Source of the DNA: an uncultured Candidatus Poseidoniales archaeon
Lineage (GTDB): Archaea > Thermoplasmatota > Poseidoniia > Poseidoniales > Poseidoniaceae
Direction of reading: 5' to 3'
Length of the DNA stretch: 64,000 nucleotides
Assembly: GCA_905182715.1 (NCBI GenBank)
Contig: CAJJCP010000020.1
Span: 319 to 64,318, forward strand
Below, in pieces: positions 35,887 to 45,268 of this stretch (position 1 is the stretch's first letter; every line of letters starts with the position of its first letter). Made by a program: the position numbers and the translations under genes. Below the pieces are notes generated by a model that saw nothing but the letters and a program-made list of their open reading frames with translations, was not told where the DNA came from and searched no databases.

Positions 35887-36107
35887 CTGATAAAATACCG
35901 ACATATACTGAAGCAACACAACGATTAGAAGCAATTGTAGCAATGCTCGAACGCGGTGGAATGGGCCTTGATGAAACATTGAAACTCTATGAAGAAGGAG
36001 CCGATTTACTCCGTCTCTGTAAAACAGAATTGGCCACTGCTGAAGGGAAACTCAATGAATTGCAATTGGATGAAATTGAAACGCAGCTCCAGACAGAAGA
36101 ACAGTAA
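35883..36107 (+). CDS. xseB: Exodeoxyribonuclease VII small subunit
   Basis: 74 aa with LE.IV..LE.G...LDE.L.LYEEG. ATGA-coupled to xseA. Confidence 0.8.
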   Translation: MTDKIPTYTEATQRLEAIVAMLERGGMGLDETLKLYEEGADLLRLCKTELATAEGKLNELQLDEIETQLQTEEQ

Positions 36108-36140
36108 AGCAAAGCAACCAGAGCCACATGAGGTGCGACG

Positions 36141-36443
36141 ATGAATGAGAAGCAAGTCCAATCGGTTCAACGCCGTATCTTTCGAACATTCAAGTCATGG
36201 AAAGACCCACATACCGATGTTGCTTTAGCAGACACTCAACAAATCCAAGGAATTGAGATATCACCCAATGGAGAAGTTCAACTCGCCATCACACCTCAAC
36301 GCCCACATTGCCCGTGTTGTTTATTCGATTTGAGAGATTTACGAGAAAAAATCGCCGCTACCAAAGGCGTAACTGCTGTGAGGCTACGCGTCATTGGCGT
36401 TCCTGCGGCAGAGCGTTGGACTCGCGTACTCAATCCGCAGTGA
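36141..36443 (+). CDS. DUF59/MIP18-like metal-sulfur cluster assembly family protein (tentative)
   Basis: 100 aa, DPHTDVALADTQQIQGIEI..V.L..TPQRPHCP pattern. Confidence 0.45.
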   Translation: MNEKQVQSVQRRIFRTFKSWKDPHTDVALADTQQIQGIEISPNGEVQLAITPQRPHCPCCLFDLRDLREKIAATKGVTAVRLRVIGVPAAERWTRVLNPQ

Positions 36444-37269
36444 CGCGCTTTCGCAAGAGAAGAAAGGCTGGTAAAGACCAGCCAAAGACCGCGATGAACC
36501 AAGCGGCAAGTGAACCAAGAACCACGCCCCAAGCCGGGAGTGAATACATGGCAACCAGTGCATAGATGGCAACACTGGCTCCACCCATTGCCATTGGACC
36601 TGCAGCGCCCTGGGGCACTGTAGGGCCTTGTGCAAGCCACAAAGCGACCATACTGGTCAAGAAGATTGCAGGGAATACAGCAGCCAGGCCCGCTACAAAC
36701 GGCTGCCCTTGTGCAGACAGCCAAACCGCCGCTCCAATCGCACATGCAGCAGCGCTGCCCCTGAGAACTAAGACTGTGCGAGCAACAGGTTGCTTTCCCT
36801 TTGGCGTCGGTTGAACTTTCCAATTCATAGCGATGGCGAGGAGAATGAGAAGGGCAAGTCCGAGGAAACCGAGTTGCCAAGTCGTCATACCATTATCCAA
36901 AGAATATTCGACACCTTCGAGCATCAACAGTCCGAATACGAACCAAACAAACAAAGCTGTAATCGTTGTGAGAAGCAAAGGATGTTTTTGGTGTTCCAGT
37001 TTTACCGGAAGATAGACCCATACTGCAAGGAAGATTCCATTGATGAGCATTCCAAGCGGGATAATGGATAAACTCTGATTCAACAGTTCTTGATCACCTG
37101 CAAGAGAGATACCTGCAGCGGCTGGAACAATGGTTGAGGGCATGGTCCCAAGTAATCCTCCAGTAAGGCCGCCCCAGCGTTCTATTGCCAGTGTAACGAG
37201 TACAGCGATAATACCTGCGACAAGCGCTGAAACAATCACGGAGGATGATAGCATAGTTCGACCTCCCAC
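36430..37269 (-). CDS. Polytopic membrane protein
   Basis: 279 aa, about 8 hydrophobic helices, Gly/Ala-rich. No specific motif recognised. Confidence 0.55.
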   Translation of the reverse strand: MGGRTMLSSSVIVSALVAGIIAVLVTLAIERWGGLTGGLLGTMPSTIVPAAAGISLAGDQELLNQSLSIIPLGMLINGIFLAVWVYLPVKLEHQKHPLLLTTITALFVWFVFGLLMLEGVEYSLDNGMTTWQLGFLGLALLILLAIAMNWKVQPTPKGKQPVARTVLVLRGSAAACAIGAAVWLSAQGQPFVAGLAAVFPAIFLTSMVALWLAQGPTVPQGAAGPMAMGGASVAIYALVAMYSLPAWGVVLGSLAAWFIAVFGWSLPAFLLLRKRVTAD

Positions 37270-37327
37270 TTTCTGTACCTATCATTACCGTATCACTGAA
37301 AGAACTGCTCTTCCAGTGGAATCATGG

Positions 37328-38116
37328 TCAAGCAAACGGGTCGAGGTGAACAATTTGTTCAACATCAATTCGCTTGTAGCCTCGCTCTCGTGCATTTTCT
37401 GCTGCTTTACTCAGCATTGCTCTCATCCAACCCAGTGACATCAGCGTTTTCATTTTACTAATCGATTCGATAAAGTGAACTGGATTGCCACCGAATTGAG
37501 CATTGCTTCGGATATCTGATTCCAATTGCTCAACGACCATGTAATAGGTTTCGAGTAACTCTTCGACTGCATCCTTCGTCACTGGCATTTTAGCATGCGT
37601 TTTTGCAAGCGAAAGAAGTGCTGACTCTGTCAAAATACCGCCGCCTTGGCTCACAACAAAGTCCTCGGTTTGTGCAACTTCTTGATGCCCTTCATCTTCT
37701 TCATCGAGTACAATATTCATGCCCGTAATGGCAATCTCCAAATGCCGAGGTTTGATTGTGGCTACCCTGTCTTTTTCAGCAGCGACTTCTGCGTGCTTAA
37801 TCACGGTCGAGAGATGCTTTTCAATATGAGATATACCTGCTTGAACGGCTGCAGAACCAACCGACTCTACTGCATCGATTTCATCGATCATCAATTCGCG
37901 AGTACGGTTGTAATTGAGGCGGGTTCGGAACGGATCATCGAGCGTCTTTCGCTCAGGGTCTTGCGAAAGGGTAGCGGCTTCCATTTCAGGCACAAAGCGA
38001 GCAAGTTCTTTGCAGACTAAATCTACTAATTGCTCTTTTACAGCCCCTGCAAGGCGCATTTCAGTAAAATTTGATGCAACTGCACCAATGTGACCGGTCG
38101 AGTAAGGCTTTGCCAT
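37328..38116 (-). CDS. Protein with two histone-fold-like segments (DUF1931-like, tentative)
   Basis: HIEKHLSTVIKHAEVAAEKDRVATIKPRHLEIAI and AMLSKAAENARERGYKRIDVEQIV resemble histone-fold alpha2-L2-alpha3 ends. Likely ATG at 38116. Confidence 0.35.
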   Translation of the reverse strand: MAKPYSTGHIGAVASNFTEMRLAGAVKEQLVDLVCKELARFVPEMEAATLSQDPERKTLDDPFRTRLNYNRTRELMIDEIDAVESVGSAAVQAGISHIEKHLSTVIKHAEVAAEKDRVATIKPRHLEIAITGMNIVLDEEDEGHQEVAQTEDFVVSQGGGILTESALLSLAKTHAKMPVTKDAVEELLETYYMVVEQLESDIRSNAQFGGNPVHFIESISKMKTLMSLGWMRAMLSKAAENARERGYKRIDVEQIVHLDPFA

Positions 38117-38167
38117 ACAAACATCACAACGCTGACATATCTTGAACACTATGGTTGAAAAATTTGC

Positions 38168-38431
38168 TTATTCAACCAAACCATCGCCACGACTCATCGC
38201 TTGCGACATCTCCCATGCATGCAAGCACTCATGGCCGCCTAAGAAGCCACCAGCCTCTCGACTTGGGCCGATGAATTCTGATGCACAAAATTGGCAAAAC
38301 ACTGAGACAATTGGCTCATTGTAATAGGTTCCCTTCGGAGTTTTTCTTTCCGGGATCCTCTTGCCCACATCTTCATGGGTCCAGCCTTCCATCTTTTCAC
38401 AAATATTTTCTTCTGTTTGTTCTTGTGTCAT
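38168..38431 (-). CDS. Hypothetical small Cys/His-containing protein
   Basis: Likely start MTQEQ at 38431, 2 nt after the upstream stop. FCQFCASEF..GGHECLHAW. Confidence 0.4.
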   Translation of the reverse strand: MTQEQTEENICEKMEGWTHEDVGKRIPERKTPKGTYYNEPIVSVFCQFCASEFIGPSREAGGFLGGHECLHAWEMSQAMSRGDGLVE

Positions 38432-38433
38432 CC

Positions 38434-39690
38434 TTACCACTCCGTTAGCCAAGGCCAAGCGCCATCAGCAGTCACTGGGCGCATTCCCTCTTCGTCTCGA
38501 ATCCAAGTATCTTCACTTCCAATGCTGCCTTCCGAATAAACCACTTTGGGCTCAATGGCCATTGTTCCTCCAACCGGCAATGGCCGGTCAAATCCTGCTG
38601 CAACAACTGGAGATTCATCCAACTGAAGTCCAACTGAATGGCCGAGGAATCGACTTTGGTCGGGGCTCATCCCCATCAGATTATCTTGATACCCAAGTTC
38701 GACAGCGAGTGCATATGCTTCATTCCAAGCATCTTCGCAGGTATCACCTCGGTCAAGTACATCGACGACGGTATCCTTGACGGCCAACATATCTTCGAGC
38801 CGTTGGTGCCATTGTTCAGATAAGGTACCTGCAACAAACATCCGGGTCATATCAACAATGTAACCACGATGGGCATGGACCAAGTCGACTAAAACCGGTT
38901 CGTTGGATTTGATTCGGCGGAAACCTGAACCCATGCCTGAAAGAGGGTGGGCGCCGGTTCCACCTACAGCAGAATCGAAGAAAGAAGGAATGCCACCTGC
39001 CCGACCAGAAACGATCACGCCACGGTCGCATTGAAGTGGGAATCGGCGCATGTGTACATTTCCTCCAAAGCCTTCTGAACGGCTGACTGCTTCGGCTGCG
39101 GCAACTAATTCGAGTTCGCTAATACCCTCTCCTCCAACAGCTTCAACTGCTTCGAACATTCGAATTTGAATTTCTGCTGCTGCGTCCATTTGCTCCATCT
39201 CCCAAGGAGACTTTATTTCTCGTTGGAGGTGAATGAGAGGGGTCGCATCTGGGCATGTCCCCATTTCACTGAAGACTTTGACAAAGCGTTCTGAATAGGT
39301 CGCTGGTATTTCTCCAAATTGAAGGCCTGGTGCTGAAGTCACGCCACGTTGACGGAGTGTTTCAACCAAGTGCGCCATACGTGGAAAGGCAAGAATCTCA
39401 TGAGGGGCATCATCGCCCCCTCCTTCGAATTGAGCACGCTGTAAAGACCGCCGTACAAATAACACGGCTTGGTTATTTTCAGAACCGTGAGCAGGAATGA
39501 ACATTGAAGCATTTTGCCGACCGCCCGCGTAGTAGTAAAGGTCCACTGGGTGTTGAATGAAAGCGCCTGAGAGTCCTGCATCTGCTAAGTATTCTCCTAA
39601 GCGATGTTGACGATTGGCCAATTCGGAAACTGGAACTCTCCAGTCTTCGCCATCGGGACCAGCGAGGTCAGCCTCATTCCAACCGCTCAT
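38434..39690 (-). CDS. M24 family Xaa-Pro aminopeptidase/creatinase-like
   Basis: VDLVHAHRGYIVDMTR, GHSVGLQLDESP and MAIEPKV (pita-bread metal ligand pattern). Start taken at the ATG at 39690; the TTG at 39756 would overlap the methyltransferase. Confidence 0.7.
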   Translation of the reverse strand: MSGWNEADLAGPDGEDWRVPVSELANRQHRLGEYLADAGLSGAFIQHPVDLYYYAGGRQNASMFIPAHGSENNQAVLFVRRSLQRAQFEGGGDDAPHEILAFPRMAHLVETLRQRGVTSAPGLQFGEIPATYSERFVKVFSEMGTCPDATPLIHLQREIKSPWEMEQMDAAAEIQIRMFEAVEAVGGEGISELELVAAAEAVSRSEGFGGNVHMRRFPLQCDRGVIVSGRAGGIPSFFDSAVGGTGAHPLSGMGSGFRRIKSNEPVLVDLVHAHRGYIVDMTRMFVAGTLSEQWHQRLEDMLAVKDTVVDVLDRGDTCEDAWNEAYALAVELGYQDNLMGMSPDQSRFLGHSVGLQLDESPVVAAGFDRPLPVGGTMAIEPKVVYSEGSIGSEDTWIRDEEGMRPVTADGAWPWLTEW

Positions 39691-39728
39691 GATTGAAGGG
39701 TAATGGCGGTCGTTCAAAACGACTCCGC

Positions 39729-40685
39729 TTAAACTTCGATAATCGGTGCAGTCCAAGCCTCAGTATCGTCAAGGCGTTTTTGAGCTATTTCGCAGTACTC
39801 CTCGGAAAGATCGACACCGATGTATGTTCGGCCAGTCATCTTTGCAGCCACACAAGTCGAGCCTGAACCATTGAAAGGGTCAAGTACGATATCGCCGGCA
39901 AAAGAATACATCTCTATGCAGCGTTTTGGCAGTTCAACTGGGAACGGTGCAGGGTGATTGACACGTGAAGCACGCTCGGTTGGGAATGACCAAATCGATT
40001 TGGTATGATGGATGAAATCATCACGAGGGATGGTATCGATTCGGCCTTCTGCGCGTTCGGATTTATCACGCATGAGTTTGTAATTTCCTTTCGAGAACAC
40101 AAGGAGATATTCATGCACATCTCGGAGACAAGGATTACTCGCACTTTGGAATGAACCCCAAGCGCATGAGGAACCAGCACTTGCTGATTTATCCCAAATG
40201 ATTTCTCCTCGCATCAAAAAGCCGAGTTGATTCATCATGATGTTGATGTGGCTGGAGAGTGGAATGTACGGTTTGCGACCGAGGTTTGCCACATTGATGA
40301 TCATACGGCCACCGGGTGCAAGAACTCGATAGCACTCCGCAAAAACATCATACAATAATTCGAGATATTCGCTCAGAGAAAGGTCTTCATCGTAGGCTTT
40401 ACTGGCATTGTAGGGCGGTGAAGTCACCACCAGTTGAACACAGTTATCGGGTAAATCTAAGTTTCTTGAATCGCCTGCAATCAACGTATTAGCAAGCGTT
40501 GGTGGCAATTCTTGCTGAGGTCCAACTTCACGGCTTGAGACAATTCCGTCGTAGAGTCGACTTCCGTAGTATACCGACGCATCATGACCTTCTCTCTTCG
40601 ATACGCCGAAGGAAGAAGTGCTGGTACCAGCACGCCTGCGAGGCCCCTTGAGGGATTCATCCTCTACGGGTTCCTCTTGCGCCAT
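39729..40685 (-). CDS. DNA methyltransferase, beta class (N6-adenine or N4-cytosine)
   Basis: Motif [10 protein letters not shown] lies N-terminal to motif [16 protein letters not shown] (order IV..I). No restriction-enzyme partner is recognisable nearby. Confidence 0.8.
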   Translation of the reverse strand: MAQEEPVEDESLKGPRRRAGTSTSSFGVSKREGHDASVYYGSRLYDGIVSSREVGPQQELPPTLANTLIAGDSRNLDLPDNCVQLVVTSPPYNASKAYDEDLSLSEYLELLYDVFAECYRVLAPGGRMIINVANLGRKPYIPLSSHINIMMNQLGFLMRGEIIWDKSASAGSSCAWGSFQSASNPCLRDVHEYLLVFSKGNYKLMRDKSERAEGRIDTIPRDDFIHHTKSIWSFPTERASRVNHPAPFPVELPKRCIEMYSFAGDIVLDPFNGSGSTCVAAKMTGRTYIGVDLSEEYCEIAQKRLDDTEAWTAPIIEV

Positions 40686-40825
40686 CCTTTGAGAGCGAAC
40701 TTTACGGCTTTATCACCTTTCGCGCCATCGACATGTGTGAGACGCGCGATTGGTGACTTTCAGAAAAAAACCACAGGTGCTTTAGAACCGTTGGAATCAA
40801 AAACCGAAAGCATCTGGTATGTTCA

Positions 40826-42085
40826 ATGCCGAGTGTCTTGACCCTCGACAATGTCAATGTTGACAACATGACTGTTTTGGTTCGTGTCGACATCAATTGT
40901 CCCCTCCTGCCTGGCACCAAATCATTCCTCGACATCACACGTATTCGGGCTATTGTGCCTACATTGAATCGTTTGACCGGTGCTAAAGTTGTGCTTCTTG
41001 CACACCAATCTCGGCCTGGAAAAAACGATTTCACTTCCACGCTTGGCCACTCTCGTGAACTTGGGCGACTTCTTGGACGGCCAGTCCAATGGGTCGATGA
41101 CCTTGCAGGTGAAAAGGCGATGAAGGCCATTGAAGCATTAGAGTGTGGAGAAGTCTTGATGTTGAACAACGTGCGAATGTACGATGAAGAGATCAAAACC
41201 AAAGGCGATTTCAATACACATTCTGAAACAGTAATGGTTCAGAACCTCGCAAGTGTAGCGGATGTATTCGTCTACGATGCCTTTGCATGTGCTCATCGCA
41301 GTACACCTTCCGGCGTTGGTTTTACTTACTTGATTCCATGTGTTGCAGGTGAATTAATGAAAAACGAAATGAATCAACTCGACCGAGCATTGGAAAATCC
41401 TACTCGCCCCTGTATTGCCGTGTTAGGAGGAATCAAAGTGGATGATTCTATTCTCGTGGCAGACAATATGCTTCGAAACAACATATGCGATGAATTCTGG
41501 CCAACTGGTGGCGTCGCTAACTTACTCTTGGAACTCTCCGGCGTGGAGATTGGAGCAACGAACCATGACTTCTTGGTCAATGAATTAGGAAAAATGTGGC
41601 ACCAAACCGTTGAAACTGCTAAATCATTGCTGAGTGACTTTGGCGAGAAAATACGCCTACCGGTCGATGTTGCGGCAAACATAGAAGATAACCGAGTCGA
41701 CCTAAAAGTCTCCGAACTTCCAATTGATGCACCGATTTTTGACCTTGGTATTCAATCGATTCGAAACCTTTCCGCAGCGATTAAATCTGCTGGAACGGTT
41801 CACCTCAATGGCCCAGCAGGTGTATTTGAACTACCTGATTTTGCTTTTGGGACCGTCGAGATGTTGAATGCATGCGCTGAAACTGAAGGATATGTGGTGG
41901 TTGGCGGAGGCCATACTGCTACACTCATCGCCAAGCATGGACTCGCTAAGAAAATGGGTCACCTTTCAACTGGTGGAGGTGCATGCTTGGATTATATTGC
42001 TGGTAAAACACTCCCTGCTGTAGCGAGTCTTGAGGCCAGTGCAGAAGCATTTACGCTCAATATCGCCCGAAGTGTCGACCAGTAA
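40826..42085 (+). CDS. pgk: Phosphoglycerate kinase (archaeal type)
   Basis: VRVDINCP, LLAHQSRPG, YDAFACAHR, VLGGIKVDD and STGGGA. Confidence 0.85.
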   Translation: MPSVLTLDNVNVDNMTVLVRVDINCPLLPGTKSFLDITRIRAIVPTLNRLTGAKVVLLAHQSRPGKNDFTSTLGHSRELGRLLGRPVQWVDDLAGEKAMKAIEALECGEVLMLNNVRMYDEEIKTKGDFNTHSETVMVQNLASVADVFVYDAFACAHRSTPSGVGFTYLIPCVAGELMKNEMNQLDRALENPTRPCIAVLGGIKVDDSILVADNMLRNNICDEFWPTGGVANLLLELSGVEIGATNHDFLVNELGKMWHQTVETAKSLLSDFGEKIRLPVDVAANIEDNRVDLKVSELPIDAPIFDLGIQSIRNLSAAIKSAGTVHLNGPAGVFELPDFAFGTVEMLNACAETEGYVVVGGGHTATLIAKHGLAKKMGHLSTGGGACLDYIAGKTLPAVASLEASAEAFTLNIARSVDQ

Positions 42086-42087
42086 AG

Positions 42088-42160
42088 AGCCACTGGGGAG
42101 ATTCGAACTCCCGACCTCCTGATTACGAATCAGGTGCTATACCAGCTAAGCCACAGTGGC
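42088..42160 (-). tRNA. tRNA-Thr (anticodon CGU)
   Basis: Hand-folded cloverleaf. Acceptor GCCACTG/CAGTGGC, anticodon stem CCTGA/TCAGG with loop TTCGTAA, T-loop GGGAGTTCGAATCTCCC. No encoded CCA. It starts 3 nt after the pgk stop. Confidence 0.85.
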
Positions 42161-42238
42161 GCAATTCTTGCGCCGCATCGAATGGACATAAGTGAAACGG
42201 TTGAAAGTCTTCATGAGGGTTGAGCCTAACCGAAGTTC

Positions 42239-43498
42239 ATGGCCGATGACTTGAGTGTACGGTATCGCAACGCGATACTGTATGATGAAAGCGGTCACAA
42301 GCATGTCGGAGATGTACTTCTGCACGACGATGGGCAATGGTCCGCGTCAAAAGGAGACGAAGATGTTCAACACGATCTTGACGGTTCAGGGAGACTCATT
42401 ACTCGGAGTTTACAAAATTGGCATACTCATTTGGCAATGCAACTGAACGCTCGAGATTTTAGTGATGGTTTTCCATTACATCGTTGGTTAAACGAAGCGG
42501 TTTTCCCAACTGAAGCGCGATTGAACCCTGAATATGTTCGAGTCGGCGCACAAGCCGCTGCTGCAGAAATGATTCGAACAGGTTCCTCGTTTGCTGCTGA
42601 TATGTACTTCTATCCTGCAGTTACTGGAAAAGTACTCGCAGATGCTGGACTACGTGGCTTAGTCGGCGGCCCTGTCAGTGATGCGGCACTCCCATCACAT
42701 CCGGATGCTGCATCTGCTTTGGATGAACTCGATTCAATGCTCCAACAACAAAAAGTTGAGGATAAAATTCAATATGCAATTGCGACCCATTCGGTCTATC
42801 TTTGCAGTGAAGAAACGTTGCGAAGAGCGTCAGAACTCGCTGAAAAAAGAAATGCTCGCCTTCACATTCATGTGAGCGAAACTCGAAAAGAAATTGCTGA
42901 TTGTCATGAAAAAACAGGACTCTATCCCGTAGAATACCTCGACAGTCTCGACTTTTTCAAACCAGGAACGGTGTGTGCTCACGCTTCTTGGGTCAAGAAA
43001 AATGAAATTCGAATGTTAGCAGAACATGAAGTTACTGCAGTTCATTGCCCTTCATCCAACATGAAAATTGCTTGTGGAGGTACGATGTCCTTACCTGCAT
43101 ACAATGATGCTGGTGTCGATGTCCGAATTGGCACCGATGGTGCTGCTTCTTCAGGGAGTGGCTTGGATATGCTTGCAGAAGCACGTCTTGCTGCATTGGT
43201 TCAACGCCATGACCACTGGGATGCAACTCTGCTTCCAGCGGCAGATGTCTTTTCCATGGCCACCAAAGGCAGTTCGGATTGGGCAGTATGGAATCTCGAT
43301 GATATTCGAATGAGGCCGTTAGGACGGTCTGGAAATCGCCATCTTGCGAACCTCATTTTCAACGGAGCTGATTGTATGGACTTGTGGGTTGACGGTCAAG
43401 CACTCAGAATGAACGGTAGTACACAAACCATCGATGAGGAATCGGCTTGGAAAGAATTGGACCAAGCAGTCAATACCTATTACGAAGGCGTCGAATGA
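42239..43498 (+). CDS. Amidohydrolase, MTA/SAH deaminase (MtaD)-like
   Basis: NWHTHLAM (HxH), HIHVSET, HCP and GTDGAAS are metal and catalytic motifs of the chlorohydrolase/deaminase family. Confidence 0.7.
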   Translation: MADDLSVRYRNAILYDESGHKHVGDVLLHDDGQWSASKGDEDVQHDLDGSGRLITRSLQNWHTHLAMQLNARDFSDGFPLHRWLNEAVFPTEARLNPEYVRVGAQAAAAEMIRTGSSFAADMYFYPAVTGKVLADAGLRGLVGGPVSDAALPSHPDAASALDELDSMLQQQKVEDKIQYAIATHSVYLCSEETLRRASELAEKRNARLHIHVSETRKEIADCHEKTGLYPVEYLDSLDFFKPGTVCAHASWVKKNEIRMLAEHEVTAVHCPSSNMKIACGGTMSLPAYNDAGVDVRIGTDGAASSGSGLDMLAEARLAALVQRHDHWDATLLPAADVFSMATKGSSDWAVWNLDDIRMRPLGRSGNRHLANLIFNGADCMDLWVDGQALRMNGSTQTIDEESAWKELDQAVNTYYEGVE

Positions 43499-44047
43499 TT
43501 ACTTCATTCGGGATAAGGCCAAACCGCCGATCCCAAATAAGAAGCTAAACAAATACATCGGGAATGAAGCGGAGAGTTTGACTTCATACTCAATATTCAA
43601 TTCCGTTCCAGCCGGAAGAGTTCCCGATTTCGTTCCGATTCCAGTGTAGTAATCGCCAGAAACGACATGCCATTGTGCGCCGGTTGAACCGTCGATAGAA
43701 GTTGTTTCATATCCTGAATCACCGTATTGGCACGTTTGGCTACCTGAACCCGATTGGAGGAAAGCGCCTCCATTTGCCCGGATGCCATCGCATTGATCTT
43801 TCTTTGATTCGTTTGCAATCACCAAAAAGATGTCATCTCGGTCCCAGGTGATGGAAGTATCTGCGCTGACAAAAAGCCCTACAGGGTTTTGTGGTAATGC
43901 CTCCTCTGAAAAGAACACATAACCTTCGATATTTGGGGTTGGAATATCTTCAACTTGACCTTCGATTGTATACCCTATCGTCCCGAACACGATGATGAAA
44001 AGGGCGAAGCACGCCATTACATATCCAACTGCTTTTCTTTGAGCCAA
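43499..44047 (-). CDS. Hypothetical extracytoplasmic protein with N- and C-terminal TM anchors
   Basis: 182 aa with hydrophobic N-terminus (CFALFIIVFGTIG) and C-terminus (MYLFSFLFGIGGLAL). Confidence 0.45.
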   Translation of the reverse strand: MAQRKAVGYVMACFALFIIVFGTIGYTIEGQVEDIPTPNIEGYVFFSEEALPQNPVGLFVSADTSITWDRDDIFLVIANESKKDQCDGIRANGGAFLQSGSGSQTCQYGDSGYETTSIDGSTGAQWHVVSGDYYTGIGTKSGTLPAGTELNIEYEVKLSASFPMYLFSFLFGIGGLALSRMK

Positions 44048-44058
44048 CTTGAATCACC

Positions 44059-45219
44059 TCACATTTGATAGAACGCGAGGGCGAGTATCACATAACATGC
44101 GAGTAACATCGCGCCTTCAAGCCAATTTGATTTACCATCGCTCATGATCGAATTAGCGACCAGAACTGAAATGAATGTAGCAGCCGTTTCAAGAAGTCCG
44201 AATTCTAATGTAAGTCCCACGCCAAGGAACCAAGCAAACAAAACCATGACAGGAGCGACAAACAAAGCGATTTGTACACTGCTGCCGATGGCAATAGCGA
44301 TTGAAAGGTCCATCTTATCTTTACCAGCAACAATAACGGCTGTGAAATGTTCAGCAGCATTACCGAAGAAAGGCAGTAGGATAACCCCGATGAAAAGTTC
44401 TGGCAAATGCCACTTGTCAACGGCAACTTCGAGACTATGAACCAAAATGTGAGCCATCCATCCAACGAGAATCGTCGAGAGGAGCAGCAGAACCCATGCA
44501 TCTTTAATGGTCATGTGCGGATCTTCGTGGGCACCATGTCCTGCTTCAGTTGCAAAAACATCGATGTGGGTTTTAAGTTGGAACAAAAGTGCCAAACCGT
44601 AGATAATTAACAAAACAATGGCAGTATAATGAGAAAGTTTTGCCACATCGCCAATTGAACCACCCGAATGATGAACTGCGCTTGGAATAATCAAAGCCAC
44701 AATCGCAAGTAACAACAGCGATCCATTCATTTGCCCTGCATCTTGGCTGAACAACTGAACTTTGTGGTTTAATCCACCCCAGACCATTGCAAGTCCAAGA
44801 ACCAACAAGAGATTTCCAAGGATCGAGCCAATCAAAGATGCCTGCGTTACCGTAATCATGGTTTCTGCAATCTCTGGATTTTGAGATGCGGTGTACAAAG
44901 CGAGGCCAGCAATAATCATTTCAACAGCATTTCCAAACGTGGCATTGAGAAGACCACCAACGGCCTCACCGGTTCGTAAAGCAATCTCTTCAGTGGCTTT
45001 ACCCATGAGGAAAGCCAAAGGCATAATTGCAATCATTGAGAACACAAAGGCAAGTGCGCCCTGATGCGTAAAATTTGCGTAGAGAGCGACTGGAATGGCC
45101 AAAAGGAGGAGGTTCAATTTGTTCTTCCTTGGGTCAAAAGATGCCAGCAGATGATCCATTGCTTCTTCAATATCTTCGGTCAAATTATCTGAACTGTCAA
45201 CGGCATTCGATTCCGACAT
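44059..45219 (-). CDS. Ca2+/H+ antiporter (CaCA/CAX family)
   Basis: Alpha-repeat motifs GNAVEMI and GNAAEHF. About 11 TM helices. Confidence 0.8.
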   Translation of the reverse strand: MSESNAVDSSDNLTEDIEEAMDHLLASFDPRKNKLNLLLLAIPVALYANFTHQGALAFVFSMIAIMPLAFLMGKATEEIALRTGEAVGGLLNATFGNAVEMIIAGLALYTASQNPEIAETMITVTQASLIGSILGNLLLVLGLAMVWGGLNHKVQLFSQDAGQMNGSLLLLAIVALIIPSAVHHSGGSIGDVAKLSHYTAIVLLIIYGLALLFQLKTHIDVFATEAGHGAHEDPHMTIKDAWVLLLLSTILVGWMAHILVHSLEVAVDKWHLPELFIGVILLPFFGNAAEHFTAVIVAGKDKMDLSIAIAIGSSVQIALFVAPVMVLFAWFLGVGLTLEFGLLETAATFISVLVANSIMSDGKSNWLEGAMLLACYVILALAFYQM

Positions 45220-45268
45220 GTTTTGGTCGAGGGAGGTTCACCCCTTGACTTCACCGCTTCGATGAACT

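Noticed and set aside
36296-36880. 194-aa minus-strand ORF rich in Cys/Arg/Ser
   Set aside because: It is an alternative frame of the 279-aa membrane protein gene (36430-37269) and the DUF59-like gene, and its sequence is not protein-like.
40702-41214. 170-aa minus-strand ORF next to the methyltransferase, as a possible restriction partner
   Set aside because: It lies antisense within pgk and has a low-complexity Ser/Arg-rich sequence. It is not credible as a gene.
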